In this document: one piece after another, positions 45,701-54,981 of the stretch
Layout: each line of letters starts with the position of its first letter
Numbering within the stretch: the stretch's first letter is position 1
Source: Candidatus Krumholzibacteriia bacterium
GTDB lineage: Bacteria > Krumholzibacteriota > Krumholzibacteriia > JAJRXK01
Reading direction: 5' to 3'
DNA: 64,000 nt
Assembly (NCBI GenBank): GCA_041484665.1
Contig: JBGPIA010000001.1
Span: forward strand, 352,001 to 416,000
Program-made: the position numbers and the translations under genes
Notes under the pieces: generated by a model
Seen by the model: the letters and a program-made list of their open reading frames with translations, nothing else
Told to the model about the DNA's origin: nothing
The model's database searches: none

Positions 45701-48662
45701 TCCCCAGCGCCCGGTAACGCGTGGTCTGCCCCAGCGCCAGCGTGGTATCCGCCGGGACGATCGTCAGCGCGTCGAGGGCCGCCGTGTCGACCTTCAGGCT
45801 GCAGGCATTGGAATGGACCGCGCCGAAGCTCGCCTGGAGCAGCGCCGTGCCGTCGGTGAGCGTGGTGGCCCGCCCCAGCGTGTCTACCGACGCCACCGCG
45901 GGAGCATCGCTCGACCAGATCGCCAGCGTGGTCAGGTCGAGAGTGGAGCCATCGCTGAAGTGGGCCGTGGCCGTCAGGGGGAACTGGACGCCAGGCGGCA
46001 GCTTGAGGCTACGGGGCGTCACCGTGAGGCTCTCCACCAGCGCGGGGGCCACGATCAGCCTGAGCGTGTCGCCCGCCACGCCGGCCAGGCGATGGGTGAG
46101 CCGCGCCACACCAGGGGCGTGCGCCAGCACCGCCCCCGGCGCGATGAAGCTGGCCACCGCCGGCTCGAGGCTCGCCCAGGTCACGACCGGCGTGCGGTCG
46201 ACGACGCTCCCGTCGCTGTAGGTCCCCCACGAAGAAACGTGATGGATCGTGCCGGCGGGAATCGTCGCGGTGTCGGGAGTCCCATCGAGCGCCAGCAGGC
46301 GCGGGACACCGACCGAGATGTGCGCCGCAGCGCTCGTGACGTGATCGAGCGTGGCGGTCACGCTGGCGCTGCCCGCGGCGAGCGTGGTTGCCCGCCCATC
46401 GGCCCCCACGTCCACCACGCCGGCCGGCGCGCTGCTCCAACCGGCCACGGCGGTCAGTTGGGCGGAGCTGCCATCGGTGTACGTGCCCTGGGCATGGAGC
46501 TGGACGGCTTCGCCGAGCGCGACGCTCGTGTCGCCGGGGGTCACGGCAAGGACGACCAGCTCGGGCGGGGTCACGAACAGGTTGGCCGGGGTTGAGACCT
46601 GGCCGTCGAGGGCGGCTTTGACGTCGGTCAGCCCAGCGCGCCTCCCGCGCAGCAGTCCCGGCGCCTCCAGTCGAGCGACGGCCGAGTCCCCGACGGTCCA
46701 GGATGCCGCGGTGGTGACGACCAGCGTGTCGCCGCTCGTGTAGAAGCCGTGCGCGGAAAAGGCGCGCGTCGCCCCGACCGGAACTGCGGCGCTGCCGGGG
46801 CGAACGGTAAGAGACAAGAGGCGCGGCGGCTTGACCGCGATCCCCGCCGGGGCGCTCGTGACCGCGCCGAGCGTCGCAGTGACGAGCCCTGCGCCCTCCT
46901 GTTGGGTGCGCAGGACGCTCGTGCCCGACTCGAAGGATCCCAGGCTGGGCGGGGCGACCTGCCAGAGCGCCTGACCGGCGACTTCGCGCAGACCCCCGTC
47001 TGCGAAGCGGGCTACGGCCCGGTACTGGACGCTCTCGCCGCGGGCGACGGTCGTATCGGAGGGTGAGATGTTGATCGCGACGATGCCGGGCGGAACCACG
47101 GTGACCGTCCAGCTGTCGCTGTCCGCGTTGCTGCCGTTGGCGCTGCCCGACGTGGCGGGCTGGGGCGGGTATCCCAAGCGGTCCTGATCCACCAGCGATG
47201 CGAAGGGCAGGCTGATCGGGGCCACGACATCGGGAGTCCTCGCCCGCAAGATGATCTGGACGAGGAAGGGCGGGCTGGTGCGTACGACCGCCGGAGCGAA
47301 GCGAACGTCGAGAATCCCATTGCCAGGCCACGCTTCGAACTCGCCGTCGGTGAGAACCTGATCCTTGTCGCGGACGGCCGGCGCGCCGTGCGCGATCAGC
47401 GTGTCCACCGCCACGACGCTGACGCCTGCGGGGATCGCGAGGTGCACCCGGTTGATCCCATCGGAGGTACCGTCGAACGTCGGGAGCACCGAGTAGACGA
47501 AGCGCTGACCGAGGAGTGACCCATAGACCTGGTTGGGGACGATCTCGGCCTTCACGATCTTCACCGCCGGCTCCAGATACGCGTTGGCCGGCGCGCTGAC
47601 GATGGAGAGCCGCGCAGGCGGAGCCAGGCCGGAGGTGTTCTCGCGCGACGGGAAGGTGATGGCCTGCCCGCTGGGGATGGCCGTGGACACGAGCAGCAGA
47701 CCTTGGTTGGCCCTGCTTCCACCCAACCAGTCCTGTGTCAGGGATGTGATGTCAATCCCGACGTAGCGGGTCTGGCTGTAGACCGTGGTGGAGCCCCTTA
47801 CCGCCGCGTCGAGGTCGCCTCCGGACGGCCACGAGTCGGTACAGTTGGGGGCGACCCACGTCACGCCGCCCACGCAGGGAGCTCCGCTCTGGGTACCCTC
47901 CGTCCAGGTGCGCCGCAGGCGGTAGGCGCCCACCTCGGCGCCGGTGACGCCGCCGTAGGTAGGCCAGATCTCCAGGCGGCCGGCGACCACGCCGTTGGCA
48001 TTGCCGCTGAACGCGGTCAGATCGAAGCTCAGCACCCCCCGCTGCGGCCCGGCGACATCGTTGGCCATGCGCACGTCGGAGCCACCACCAAAGTTGTAGG
48101 CCGTCTGAGCGCCGCTGATGGTCGCGTCGCGCAACGTGGGGGCGGCCAGCAGCCAGGCGCGCTCGTCCTCGATGCGCGTCGGAACCCCGCGCAGCTGCTG
48201 CGCCGGAACCAACACCGCCGAGAACGTAGCCGTGTGCTCGATCGCGCTGCCGATGTCACCAGTGGCGCGCACCAGGAGTGCGATCCGCAGATCGCCCGGG
48301 CCCGCCGTCAGCAGCGTGACGCGGAGGAATCCAGCGCCCAGGGTGACCCGCGCATCCGTGTCGGGCACGCCGACGCCGTTGACCGAGATGCTGTTGGCCA
48401 GGTACGAGCAGTTGCTCGAGAGCAGGTACGTGTACGTACAGTTGGTAGTGGGGAGCAGGCCGCCCAGCTGGGCCCACACTGTCACGGTGATGTGGTCGCC
48501 GACCGAGGCGATCTCCTGCTGCGGCGGTGGCCCGAACTGGCGGACCGTCAACTGCGCGCGCGCGGGCGCTGGCGCAGCCATCAGGGCGAGCGGCAGCAGG
48601 AGGCAAGAAAGGGTGGTGCGGCGGCGCGGTCGGGAGGCCGCTGCGCGCGCGCCGGATGGCAT
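39735..48662 (-). CDS. Giant (~3000 aa) secreted surface protein: DNRLRE-like domain, Big_2 repeats, Ca-loop Ig-like repeats, FlgD-Ig tail
   Basis: Signal ending APARA/Q; DATI...NFGG...LSFDL...DITSLTQDW...NQGLLL...SREN; seven Big_2-like units; tail YPNPF...WDGRNEAGRPVRNGVYLLRL...LAVVR. Start approximate (ORF open to 48905). Confidence 0.88.
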   Translation of the reverse strand: MPSGARAAASRPRRRTTLSCLLLPLALMAAPAPARAQLTVRQFGPPPQQEIASVGDHITVTVWAQLGGLLPTTNCTYTYLLSSNCSYLANSISVNGVGVPDTDARVTLGAGFLRVTLLTAGPGDLRIALLVRATGDIGSAIEHTATFSAVLVPAQQLRGVPTRIEDERAWLLAAPTLRDATISGAQTAYNFGGGSDVRMANDVAGPQRGVLSFDLTAFSGNANGVVAGRLEIWPTYGGVTGAEVGAYRLRRTWTEGTQSGAPCVGGVTWVAPNCTDSWPSGGDLDAAVRGSTTVYSQTRYVGIDITSLTQDWLGGSRANQGLLLVSTAIPSGQAITFPSRENTSGLAPPARLSIVSAPANAYLEPAVKIVKAEIVPNQVYGSLLGQRFVYSVLPTFDGTSDGINRVHLAIPAGVSVVAVDTLIAHGAPAVRDKDQVLTDGEFEAWPGNGILDVRFAPAVVRTSPPFLVQIILRARTPDVVAPISLPFASLVDQDRLGYPPQPATSGSANGSNADSDSWTVTVVPPGIVAINISPSDTTVARGESVQYRAVARFADGGLREVAGQALWQVAPPSLGSFESGTSVLRTQQEGAGLVTATLGAVTSAPAGIAVKPPRLLSLTVRPGSAAVPVGATRAFSAHGFYTSGDTLVVTTAASWTVGDSAVARLEAPGLLRGRRAGLTDVKAALDGQVSTPANLFVTPPELVVLAVTPGDTSVALGEAVQLHAQGTYTDGSSAQLTAVAGWSSAPAGVVDVGADGRATTLAAGSASVTATLDHVTSAAAHISVGVPRLLALDGTPDTATIPAGTIHHVSSWGTYSDGSVVDRTPVVTWASLEPAVASFIAPGAVLAHAPGVARLTHRLAGVAGDTLRLIVAPALVESLTVTPRSLKLPPGVQFPLTATAHFSDGSTLDLTTLAIWSSDAPAVASVDTLGRATTLTDGTALLQASFGAVHSNACSLKVDTAALDALTIVPADTTLALGQTTRYRALGSVSGSVYDLSHSVSWAVTDSAIATVGPAGLLATRSQGATTVGASLAATAASPASLTVGPPMVVGVDVSPASATVLLGRTKAMQASAKLSNGQQLDVTVQATWQSGAPTVVYLQPGGEALALSLGTASVTATYAGVSSGASALTVLPSVQAEALPVGDVFANPGSPDRLLLSLRLTNSYLQPRTLSALRVSVGGRLAAVLPGKQAAATGQPGGPALDQVFTALRLRLDDGDGVFEPQQDLVLSAGQTVAGSWTASVLTVDLPVGASRRLFVSGDIALQGVSHGDSLNVHLDSSGSLFWSTPTAVVAGSGFPLDSDGIVLVRDLVLGQMAFTPASADTVAPGEGGLPLLVLTAPPDGTRADVLRELRIRQPGTARAGVELSALRVQQLVASAWQDVVSGIGQPVQLVSIGGATWAASGLDLPVPVVGLTLRVVADIALTAESGRTVRAELPARALEFASGRTGPVDGSWANPGSLLVDIAPTLQVRSYAIAAPALPVARTARRLAVLGAELTARGAFPDTLKALLLHHSSTGPSGPAADPDAEIEAAELWRDGDGDGALRSVGASGGDSLLATVRPISGGTIGFGAGASLALRLPVSSPVRLLVALTPDSTRVRDAEQLSVELRTAADVVAGGALAIDLPGLLRTASPPSIDGQSASGYNVAPLPTQLVYAGTHDALVMGLALPPNGVEPDVLTGLLLENAGSATSSDVLTVRLRSDDGDGVPETADPQIAVLQPVGARSWSATNLAIPVPAAPPTRYWLDVDFAQQPQAGVTFAARLPLNAVTMSSANDGPNDHALDGGGPVVVAVADRVTWVAGAAGSHTVPPGAQNQTVLVLEGFNAYLQPQTLTALRVGVLGTAAEAEYEIWSLHGDANRNGVLDPQEAAAPLAIAAPSGGEVRFGGFSHALGPLQQDRLFVAYTLALGRARDASQVDAEITQASDFGYSVTGSQSTVSSGAFPLNSPGVDAVDGHVLAQIGRGIVPSRTLGGGEVNVLTLDAALPSNGLSADTLRELELQVAAGAQDVAAAMGQDVEALRLWAELDAEPKGATFDPDADVLLGSLLGATSPLRFTGLSAAIPPGGRRFYVTADLAPNPTDGRVIQLRVPKLGIEMESGNDGPLDGALDGSAVHRISSSALLAAAEATPSVVSAGQSVQVRVAVRNRGSQQLAGIVPLQVGAAPGQGVSLQQGPLPAALTLAPGASDTIRYRFALGAAGKVGFSARVGLPDSSVISPLATSSPVSVQLPPTALALDPLSTLPVSVDRGQSGVTPLAWQLRHADPDTAGAAPIAVHAFSIAFDDGGGTPVPASSVLDRLEIRTGGLVHAYWDSIPSTSVLAIALDPPVELQPGQLRSLPLSISIAPGATAARFRVRLLDAGAASAIDVNSGQPVPLQATLPWQTSTAYIHTLATHADLAVARTLPGSANLGQLGVPAGRLTFDLPGAAGESEARVVELGFALRDSAGAALAPDAVLGAITVRSGATVLLTTSAFDTAGGAVRLSLAIPKLVTSGAPEPIDLELDLRSDAAPDRFSLVLPDSARCVVRDANTGLDVAVRLGGGEHWPLVQGPLLLQRPAAASRVTCASIAPPSAAAGAVGVGCATLDLHDDDPPGSGAMLLLAASVRVLDDAGAGVVPAQALSAVRLALGDSVIAASLTPPPSGSSVGLALAAPLRLLPGDSLRLQLSVDLKAPATVARLRFALDPGALDLRDANQPARAIALTGLPFATGVLRVVAPATAVSLGVTDDPPANVSRGASAVQLLPLRILHPGGAAQAPLSPAALTVLLRDARAAALPASRLLGAARLLRGTTVIQGQIEGDSLRFALAGLGNLDPGQSHDVMLAIDLLAAPAVEDFRVALQARGLVATSAADTLAVTPLSGAALPWISPTIHVTALDLEQSFSSYPNPFAAGRERAHVAFYLQSDARVTLEVFTASGDRVVRLLEGAPLPAGLQDDPRWAWDGRNEAGRPVRNGVYLLRLKVDGAGGGECLRKLAVVR

Positions 48663-49069
48663 CGCGCCGTAGTGCAACCCGGGCGCCTTTGCAGCCTGCA
48701 TTGCAGCTGCCAGGGAACCCGCCAGCGGACCCGAGCCCTCCTGAAGCGGGCCTGCGGATCGACCTGGGCGCGGCGGGCGCGGGCGCGAAGAATCCCTTGC
48801 CAAGGGCATAGTTGACCGATCCGACCCCGCCAGCTGCACGAAGTCAGTGCACCCAACCGGGCACGGTAGGATCTTCCCCGGAACGGCTCTGCGCCTTCGG
48901 CGCAAGGCGTATGCCGACCCTCAAGCGCGTGGCCGGCCCCGGCGGGCTCTGCTAGCGTTGGGGCGCTCGCGCGCCGGCGAGCGCGGCTGGGAGGGCGGCC
49001 GCTTGGCCGCGCCCTGTGGGCACGTCCACGCGCTTGCGCCCGGGACAAGCGCGAGAGGAAACGCGGACC

Positions 49070-49723
49070 ATGCCACTGATCCAGGAGCAGTTCCCCGTGG
49101 GGCTGCTGCAGTGCAACTGCACCATTCTGGCCGACCCGGTCTCGCGCGAGGCCGTCGTGATCGATCCCGGCGACGAGGCCGACGCCATCATCGCGCGGCT
49201 GCGCCGCCGCCAGCTGGAGGTGCTCTACCTGCTGCACACGCACGCCCACCTGGACCACGTGGGCGCGACCTCCGCGGTCAAGGCCGCTACCGGCGCGGCA
49301 GCCTGCCTGCACCGTGGCGACCTCTTCCTGTACGAGGACGTCGCAGGGCAGGCGCGCATGATCGGGCTCCCGCCGCCGCCGTCCCCACCTGCGGTGGACC
49401 ATTGGCTCACCGGCGGGGAGTCGATCGAGGTCCGCGGCTTTGGCCTACGCGTGCTCCATACGCCAGGCCACACCCCCGGCAGCTGCTGCTTCGCGCTGCA
49501 GCTGGACGGCCAGCCAGCGCAGGTGTTCGCCGGAGACACGCTGTTCTTGATGAGCATCGGCCGCACCGACCTACCCGGGGGAGACACCGCGCAGATCCTC
49601 GACTCCATTCTGCGCGCCCTACTCCCGCTGCACGATGAAACCGTGGTGATTCCCGGCCACGGCCCCACCACGACGATCGGCTTCGAGCGCCAGGAGAATC
49701 CGTTCCTGCAAGACTTGAGCTAG
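49070..49723 (+). CDS. MBL-fold metallo-hydrolase (glyoxalase II / YcbL-like)
   Basis: THAHLDH, HTPGHTPG, GDTLF, GRTDLPGG, PGHG. Confidence 0.92.
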   Translation: MPLIQEQFPVGLLQCNCTILADPVSREAVVIDPGDEADAIIARLRRRQLEVLYLLHTHAHLDHVGATSAVKAATGAAACLHRGDLFLYEDVAGQARMIGLPPPPSPPAVDHWLTGGESIEVRGFGLRVLHTPGHTPGSCCFALQLDGQPAQVFAGDTLFLMSIGRTDLPGGDTAQILDSILRALLPLHDETVVIPGHGPTTTIGFERQENPFLQDLS

Positions 49724-49894
49724 CGCGACGCGCCCGGCCGCGCGGGGCGGGTCGCGGTGCGCAACCGAAGCGCCGTCGGCTCCTGGACGCAGACGGGCGC
49801 CGCGCGCAGCCTGCGCGCGGCGCCGTTCTCCGGGAGGTCGCGCCCGGCGGCTGCGGCAGGACCGCCGCACCCGCATCGCGCAGAAGTGGCCTCG

Positions 49895-50869
49895 CTATTT
49901 CTTGATCGAACGTGCCAGCTCCTGCGAGGTCGCAGCACTGTCTTGCAGCGCGGTGGTGGCGCTCGAGTCAGGCGCCGCCGGGGCCGCGGCGATCGCCGTA
50001 TCCAGCGGCACGGGGATCCCGCGCGCGACCAGCACCGTGTCCACCCGCAGCAGGCTCGCCCGGGCCAGCTCGTGCCCCAGGTCAGCGGCGCGCTGGAAGG
50101 CCACGTGCGCGCCGGCCAGGTCGTCGACGCGCTCCAGCGCCACGCCCAGATTGTTGAAGAAAACCGCGACGTCGTCGCGCAGCTGCGTGGCCGTGCGCAG
50201 GGGGCCGACGGCGTCGGCGAAGCGCTCCTGCTGGATGCGCGCGTAGCCGAGGTTGTTCCAGGCGAACGCCTGATTGGGATCGAGCTCGGCAGCCTTGGCG
50301 AAGGCGGCTGCGGCCTCATCGAGGTGCGTCTGGGTGAGCTCGACACGCCCCAGTACCAGCCACGCGTCGGGGTCGGTGGCGTCGTGCTCCAACGCGCTCT
50401 GGATCGCGGTCCGCGCCTGCTCGGGCTGCGCCAGCGCCAGTCGGGCACGCGCGAGATTCACCAGCGTGCGGACGTTGACCGGAGAGAGTGTGAGCGCAAC
50501 CTCCAACTGCGTGGCGGCCAGGTCGGGCCGGTCCACGCGCAGATCGGTCAGTCCGAGGAGGTAATGGCGGTAGGAGATGTCGTCGCGCTCCTGGACCGCC
50601 TGCTCGAGGGCTTGGCGCGCCGTCTCGTAGTCGCGCGCCTGGAAGGCGCGCACGCCGGCGGCCCAGGCCCCCCCCTCCCACGTGCGCGGTGGCAGTGCCG
50701 CCGTCCCCGGCGGGACCTGCGCGCGGGTGCTGTCGGCCGGCGGCGGCGCCAGCTCGATGCCCGCCGTCGCGGGCGCTGCGGAGCGATCGTTGTCCTGGTG
50801 ACCGATGAAGACGACGATGAGCGAGACCAGGGCCGCCAGGCTCACCGTAATCAGGGTCCAGCGTCTCAT
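49895..50869 (-). CDS. Membrane-anchored or secreted TPR protein
   Basis: AGGAG RBS, N-terminal hydrophobic helix, TPRs (AWNNLG, FNNLG). Confidence 0.85.
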   Translation of the reverse strand: MRRWTLITVSLAALVSLIVVFIGHQDNDRSAAPATAGIELAPPPADSTRAQVPPGTAALPPRTWEGGAWAAGVRAFQARDYETARQALEQAVQERDDISYRHYLLGLTDLRVDRPDLAATQLEVALTLSPVNVRTLVNLARARLALAQPEQARTAIQSALEHDATDPDAWLVLGRVELTQTHLDEAAAAFAKAAELDPNQAFAWNNLGYARIQQERFADAVGPLRTATQLRDDVAVFFNNLGVALERVDDLAGAHVAFQRAADLGHELARASLLRVDTVLVARGIPVPLDTAIAAAPAAPDSSATTALQDSAATSQELARSIKK

Positions 50870-51172
50870 GGCTTTTCTCCTGCGGGTTGAAGTATGGCGC
50901 GCCGCGCTGATAGAGGGGCGGTCGCGCAGGATATCCACCCGCGTGGACCGCACGCGCGATGCCGCGCTGCCTGACAGTGGCAACGCTCGGCACGACAACG
51001 GTTTGCGGCCGATGGGGCAGGGCGGGACTGGTGCCGGACCGTGGGCGCGCGGACACACTCGGCACGTGCGAGTGCGTCATCTGCTTCAGGCGCAACGCAC
51101 TACGCGCTGTGGCGGCACGGACACAGCGTGGCGCTACCCGACACGGGCCCGCGTGCGCTAGGCTGGCGCACG

Positions 51173-51859
51173 ATGGCCCGCACCGCACGCCCCCTCGCGC
51201 AGGCGATCGACCTGTTGCAGCAGATGTACGGCGCGCCCGTACCGCCGCCGATCGACGACCCGCTCCAGCTGATCCTTTGGGAGAACTGCGCGTACCTCGT
51301 GGACGACGAGCGCAGGCGCCGAACCTACGACCGGCTGAACCGCGCGATCGGGACGTCCCCGCGGGCACTGCTTGCCGCGGCGCCGAAGCTGCTCGCGCAG
51401 TCCATCGCCGAAGGCGGCATGCACCCCGACCGGCGCGCCGCCAAGCTGCGCGCCATTGCCCAGACCGTGCTCGAGCGCTTTGGAGGCGATCTGGGCGCCC
51501 TGGTCGCGGGGCCCACCGACGCGGCGCTCAAGGGCCTGCAGCGCTTCCCGGGGATCGGCGAGCCCGGCGCCGAGAAGATCCTGCTGTTCGCGCGCAGGCT
51601 CCCGGTCCTGGCGCTGGAGTCCAACGGGCTGCGCGTGCTGCTGCGCCTGGGCTACGCTACGGAGAAGGGCAGCTACGCGGCGACCTACCGCGCCGTGCGG
51701 GAGGCGACGCTGCCTGAGGTGGAGCCGGACTGCGAGTGGCTGATCCGCGCGCACCTGCTGCTGCGGCTCCACGGGCAGGTGACCTGCCGCCGCTCGACGC
51801 CCGAGTGCGGAGTCTGTCTGCTGGCGCCGCGCTGCCTCTGGCGCACCGCGAACGCGTGA
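51173..51859 (+). CDS. HhH-GPD superfamily (endonuclease III-like) protein with 4Fe-4S motif
   Basis: HhH LQRFPGIG; C-terminal CRRSTPECGVCLLAPRC (Cx6Cx2Cx5C). Confidence 0.8.
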   Translation: MARTARPLAQAIDLLQQMYGAPVPPPIDDPLQLILWENCAYLVDDERRRRTYDRLNRAIGTSPRALLAAAPKLLAQSIAEGGMHPDRRAAKLRAIAQTVLERFGGDLGALVAGPTDAALKGLQRFPGIGEPGAEKILLFARRLPVLALESNGLRVLLRLGYATEKGSYAATYRAVREATLPEVEPDCEWLIRAHLLLRLHGQVTCRRSTPECGVCLLAPRCLWRTANA

Positions 51860-51866
51860 GGCGGGC

Positions 51867-53219
51867 TCAGCCCGCTCCGAGGTCGATTCGCAGCGCCTTG
51901 GCCTTCTTGTAGAGGTGGCTTCGCTCCAAGCCCAGGCGGCGCGCCGCCTCGGTGATATTGCCCCCCGCGCCGCGCACAGCGGCCAGGATGGCGCGGCGCT
52001 CGGCAGCTTCCACCGCGTCGCGCAGCAGGTTGCTGGCAGCGGCGGCACCGTCGGCTCCGATCGGCGGCAGCTCACTGTCCACGAGCGCGGCATCGATCGT
52101 TTCCTGAGTGCTGAGGATCGCCAGGCGCTCCACGATATTGCGCAGCTCGCGCACGTTGCCCGGCCATCCATAGCGGCCCAGGCGCTGCAACGCCTGCGAG
52201 CTGAAGTGCCGTCTCCCGAGCTTCTGCCGCACGACCTCCTCGCGCAGGAAACGCTCGGCCAGGAGCGCTACGTCCTGCGCACGCTCGCGCAGCGGGGGTA
52301 CGTGCAGCGGGAACACGTTCAGGCGGTGCAGCAGGTCGTCGCGGAAGCTCCCCGCGCGCACCGCCGCTGCAAGATCGCGATGGGTGGCCGCGATCGCGCG
52401 CACGTCCACGCGCGTGCAGCGCGAGGTCCCCACCCGGGTGATCTCGCTGGTCTCCAGCACGCGCAGCAGCTTCGCCTGCATCGACAGCGGCATGTCGCCG
52501 ATCTCGTCCAGGAAGAGCGTGCCACCGGTGGCCGCCTCGAACACGCCCGTGCGCGGCGCTGTGGCTCCGGTGAAGGCTCCGCGCACGTGTCCGAACAACT
52601 CGCTCTCGATGAGCTCGCCGGGCACCGCGGCGCAGTTCACCGCCAGCAGCGGTCCGTCGGCACGCCGGCTGCGGGCATGGATGGCACGGGCGACCAGCTC
52701 CTTGCCCGTACCGCTCTCACCGGTGATGAGCACGCGCGCCTCGGTGGGCCCCACCTGATCGATGCGCGCGCGCAGCGCCACCATCGGCGCCGAGTCGCCC
52801 AGGAGTTCCTGCGCAGCGGCACCGGCGCGCAGCCGCTGGTTCTCGACCGCCAGCCGCCGCAACCGCACTGCGTTTTCGAGGGTCAGCAGCGTCTTGTCGC
52901 GTGTGAGCGGCTTCTCGAGGAAATCGAACGCGCCCGCGCGCACGGCCTGCACCGCCGTCTCGATGGTGCCGTGGCCGCTCATCATCACGACGGCGACGTC
53001 GGGTGACAGCTGCCGCAGCTCCCGCAGCGTGGCCAGCCCGTCCATGGCGCCGAGCCGGACGTCCAGCAGGACTGCGTCGAGTCCCCCTTCCGCCGCGCGG
53101 GCCACGGCCGCCTCGCCGCTCTCGACGCACTCCACAGCGTAGCCGGCCAGCGCGAGCATCTGCTCGAGCATCGCGCGCAGGTTGCGCTCGTCGTCGACCA
53201 CCAGCACGCGCTGGCTCAT
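51867..53219 (-). CDS. Sigma54-dependent response regulator (NtrX/NtrC family)
   Basis: REC (VVDD, LLDV, KP), [29 protein letters not shown], Fis-type HTH. Confidence 0.95.
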   Translation of the reverse strand: MSQRVLVVDDERNLRAMLEQMLALAGYAVECVESGEAAVARAAEGGLDAVLLDVRLGAMDGLATLRELRQLSPDVAVVMMSGHGTIETAVQAVRAGAFDFLEKPLTRDKTLLTLENAVRLRRLAVENQRLRAGAAAQELLGDSAPMVALRARIDQVGPTEARVLITGESGTGKELVARAIHARSRRADGPLLAVNCAAVPGELIESELFGHVRGAFTGATAPRTGVFEAATGGTLFLDEIGDMPLSMQAKLLRVLETSEITRVGTSRCTRVDVRAIAATHRDLAAAVRAGSFRDDLLHRLNVFPLHVPPLRERAQDVALLAERFLREEVVRQKLGRRHFSSQALQRLGRYGWPGNVRELRNIVERLAILSTQETIDAALVDSELPPIGADGAAAASNLLRDAVEAAERRAILAAVRGAGGNITEAARRLGLERSHLYKKAKALRIDLGAG

Positions 53220-53241
53220 CGCCGCAGCCTCCCCGGTGTTC

Positions 53242-54981
53242 TCATGGGGTCTCCGGGAGCAGCAGCTCCTCCGGTTGGGGCGGGCGCCGCGCCATGGTCA
53301 GGCGCATCTCCAGACCCCCGCCGGGTCGTGGCCGGGGCTCCAAACGCCCGCCATGGGCCTCCGCGATCTGCATCACGATCGCCAGCCCCAGCCCCGTCCC
53401 GCGGTCCTTCGTCGTAAGGTACGGCTCGCCCAGACGGGCCGCGATCTCTTCCGGCAGGCCGGGCCCACGGTCGCGCACGGCGATCCACCAGTGATCCTCC
53501 CCCGGACCGGCGCCGTGCAGCAGCTCGACCGGCCCTGCGGCGCCGGCCTCGGCTGCGTTGGTGAGCAGATTGTGCAACGCCCGGCGCAGCTGCTCAGCGT
53601 CGGCGCGCAGCGCCCCGGGGTTCTCGCTTTCCTGCAGCACGAAGCTGGTCCGCGGATGGGCCGCTCGCGCGCCCGCCAGGGCCGAAAGGCAGAGGGCGCG
53701 CGCGTCGGCGTCGGCCAGCGCCAGGCGCGGCGCGCGGGCAAACTCGCGGAACTCGGTCACCAGCCGATCGAGACTGCGCAACTGATCGCGCGCGGTGGCC
53801 AGGCTCGACTTGAACGCGAGCCGCGCCGCTGGATCGTCCAATCCGCGCGCCACCGCCGTCTCGACGTTGTCCAGGGCCAGGGTGACGGGGGTCAGCGCGT
53901 TCTTCAGCTCGTGGGCGATGCGGCGGGCGATCTCGCGCCAGGCGGCACGGCGCTCCGCGCTGCGGGCGCGCTGCTGCTCGGCCGCCAGAGTGGCGAGCAG
54001 CTCGCCCACAGCCGCGCTCAGCTCGCGGACCTCCTGGGGTCCCCGCCGCGGCAGATCCAGCGCCGCACGCGGTGCGGCCCCCACGCCCAGCGCGCGCACG
54101 CCGTGGGTGAGGCGTGCCAGCGGAGCCGCCAGCGAGCGGGCCACCAGCGGAGCCGCCAGCAGCGTCACCGCCAGGAGAACTCCCGCGGCCACCGCGAGTC
54201 GCTGGCGCGTAGCAGCGAGCACCCCAGAGCCGGGGGGTGGGCCGGGATCGGCCCACAGGCGCGGCGCCTCGGCGAGGCCGGACACCCGCCACGAGGCGGG
54301 AAGGCCCACCGTCATCGTTGGCGTGCCCGGCGCGGGCTCGTTCGGCGTGGCGGCGAGCCGGGGTGGATCCTCCCAGCGCAGCGATCGCACGCTGGCGAGC
54401 TGTGCCAAGGTCGCGAGCGCGCCGTCGTCGAGGGCCATGCCTGCGATCACGAGGAAGCTCGTCTGCAGCAGCTGCAGCCGCCTCGCCGTTCCCACCATCC
54501 AAGCGCTCGCGCCTGCGGGGCCGGCCTGGATCCGAGCGCGCCAGAGAACGCTCGACTGCGCGTCGGCGGCTTGGAGCTGCAGGGCCTGCGGGTAGGGCCG
54601 CCCATAGCTCGCGGGCTCCCGCGCGCTGGTGACAACGCGCCCGGCCCCGTCCAGCACGAGCAGCTCGTCGACGCCGAAGCGGCCGCGGTTCTCGCTCGCC
54701 CAGTCGACGACCGCGCGACGGAGTCCCAAGCCGTCCGTCGCCAGCGGTGCCAGCACTGCCGGGAGCTCGGTCCCGTGCGCGAGCTCGGTGCTGGCCGCCG
54801 CCGCCCGCTCGCCCAGCAGCACCAGCCGCTCCTGGAGCTGCGCGCGGCGGGACTCCTGCCAGGCCCGCTCCTGCGCTCCCGCCTGCGCGCGCAGCTGCAA
54901 CTCGACGGCGGCAGCAGCCGCCAGGATTAGTCCGGCAACGCCCGCGCCGAAGATCAGCGTCCACTGTACCGCGAGTCTCAA
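53242..54981 (-). CDS. Membrane HAMP sensor histidine kinase (NtrY-like)
   Basis: Two TMs, [46 protein letters not shown]. Confidence 0.9.
   Translation of the reverse strand: MRLAVQWTLIFGAGVAGLILAAAAAVELQLRAQAGAQERAWQESRRAQLQERLVLLGERAAAASTELAHGTELPAVLAPLATDGLGLRRAVVDWASENRGRFGVDELLVLDGAGRVVTSAREPASYGRPYPQALQLQAADAQSSVLWRARIQAGPAGASAWMVGTARRLQLLQTSFLVIAGMALDDGALATLAQLASVRSLRWEDPPRLAATPNEPAPGTPTMTVGLPASWRVSGLAEAPRLWADPGPPPGSGVLAATRQRLAVAAGVLLAVTLLAAPLVARSLAAPLARLTHGVRALGVGAAPRAALDLPRRGPQEVRELSAAVGELLATLAAEQQRARSAERRAAWREIARRIAHELKNALTPVTLALDNVETAVARGLDDPAARLAFKSSLATARDQLRSLDRLVTEFREFARAPRLALADADARALCLSALAGARAAHPRTSFVLQESENPGALRADAEQLRRALHNLLTNAAEAGAAGPVELLHGAGPGEDHWWIAVRDRGPGLPEEIAARLGEPYLTTKDRGTGLGLAIVMQIAEAHGGRLEPRPRPGGGLEMRLTMARRPPQPEELLLPETP

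Noticed and set aside
48794..48806. CCCTTG-C-CAAGGG inverted repeat upstream of the giant gene as an operator
   Set aside because: Only 6-bp arms and a single occurrence; cannot be distinguished from chance.
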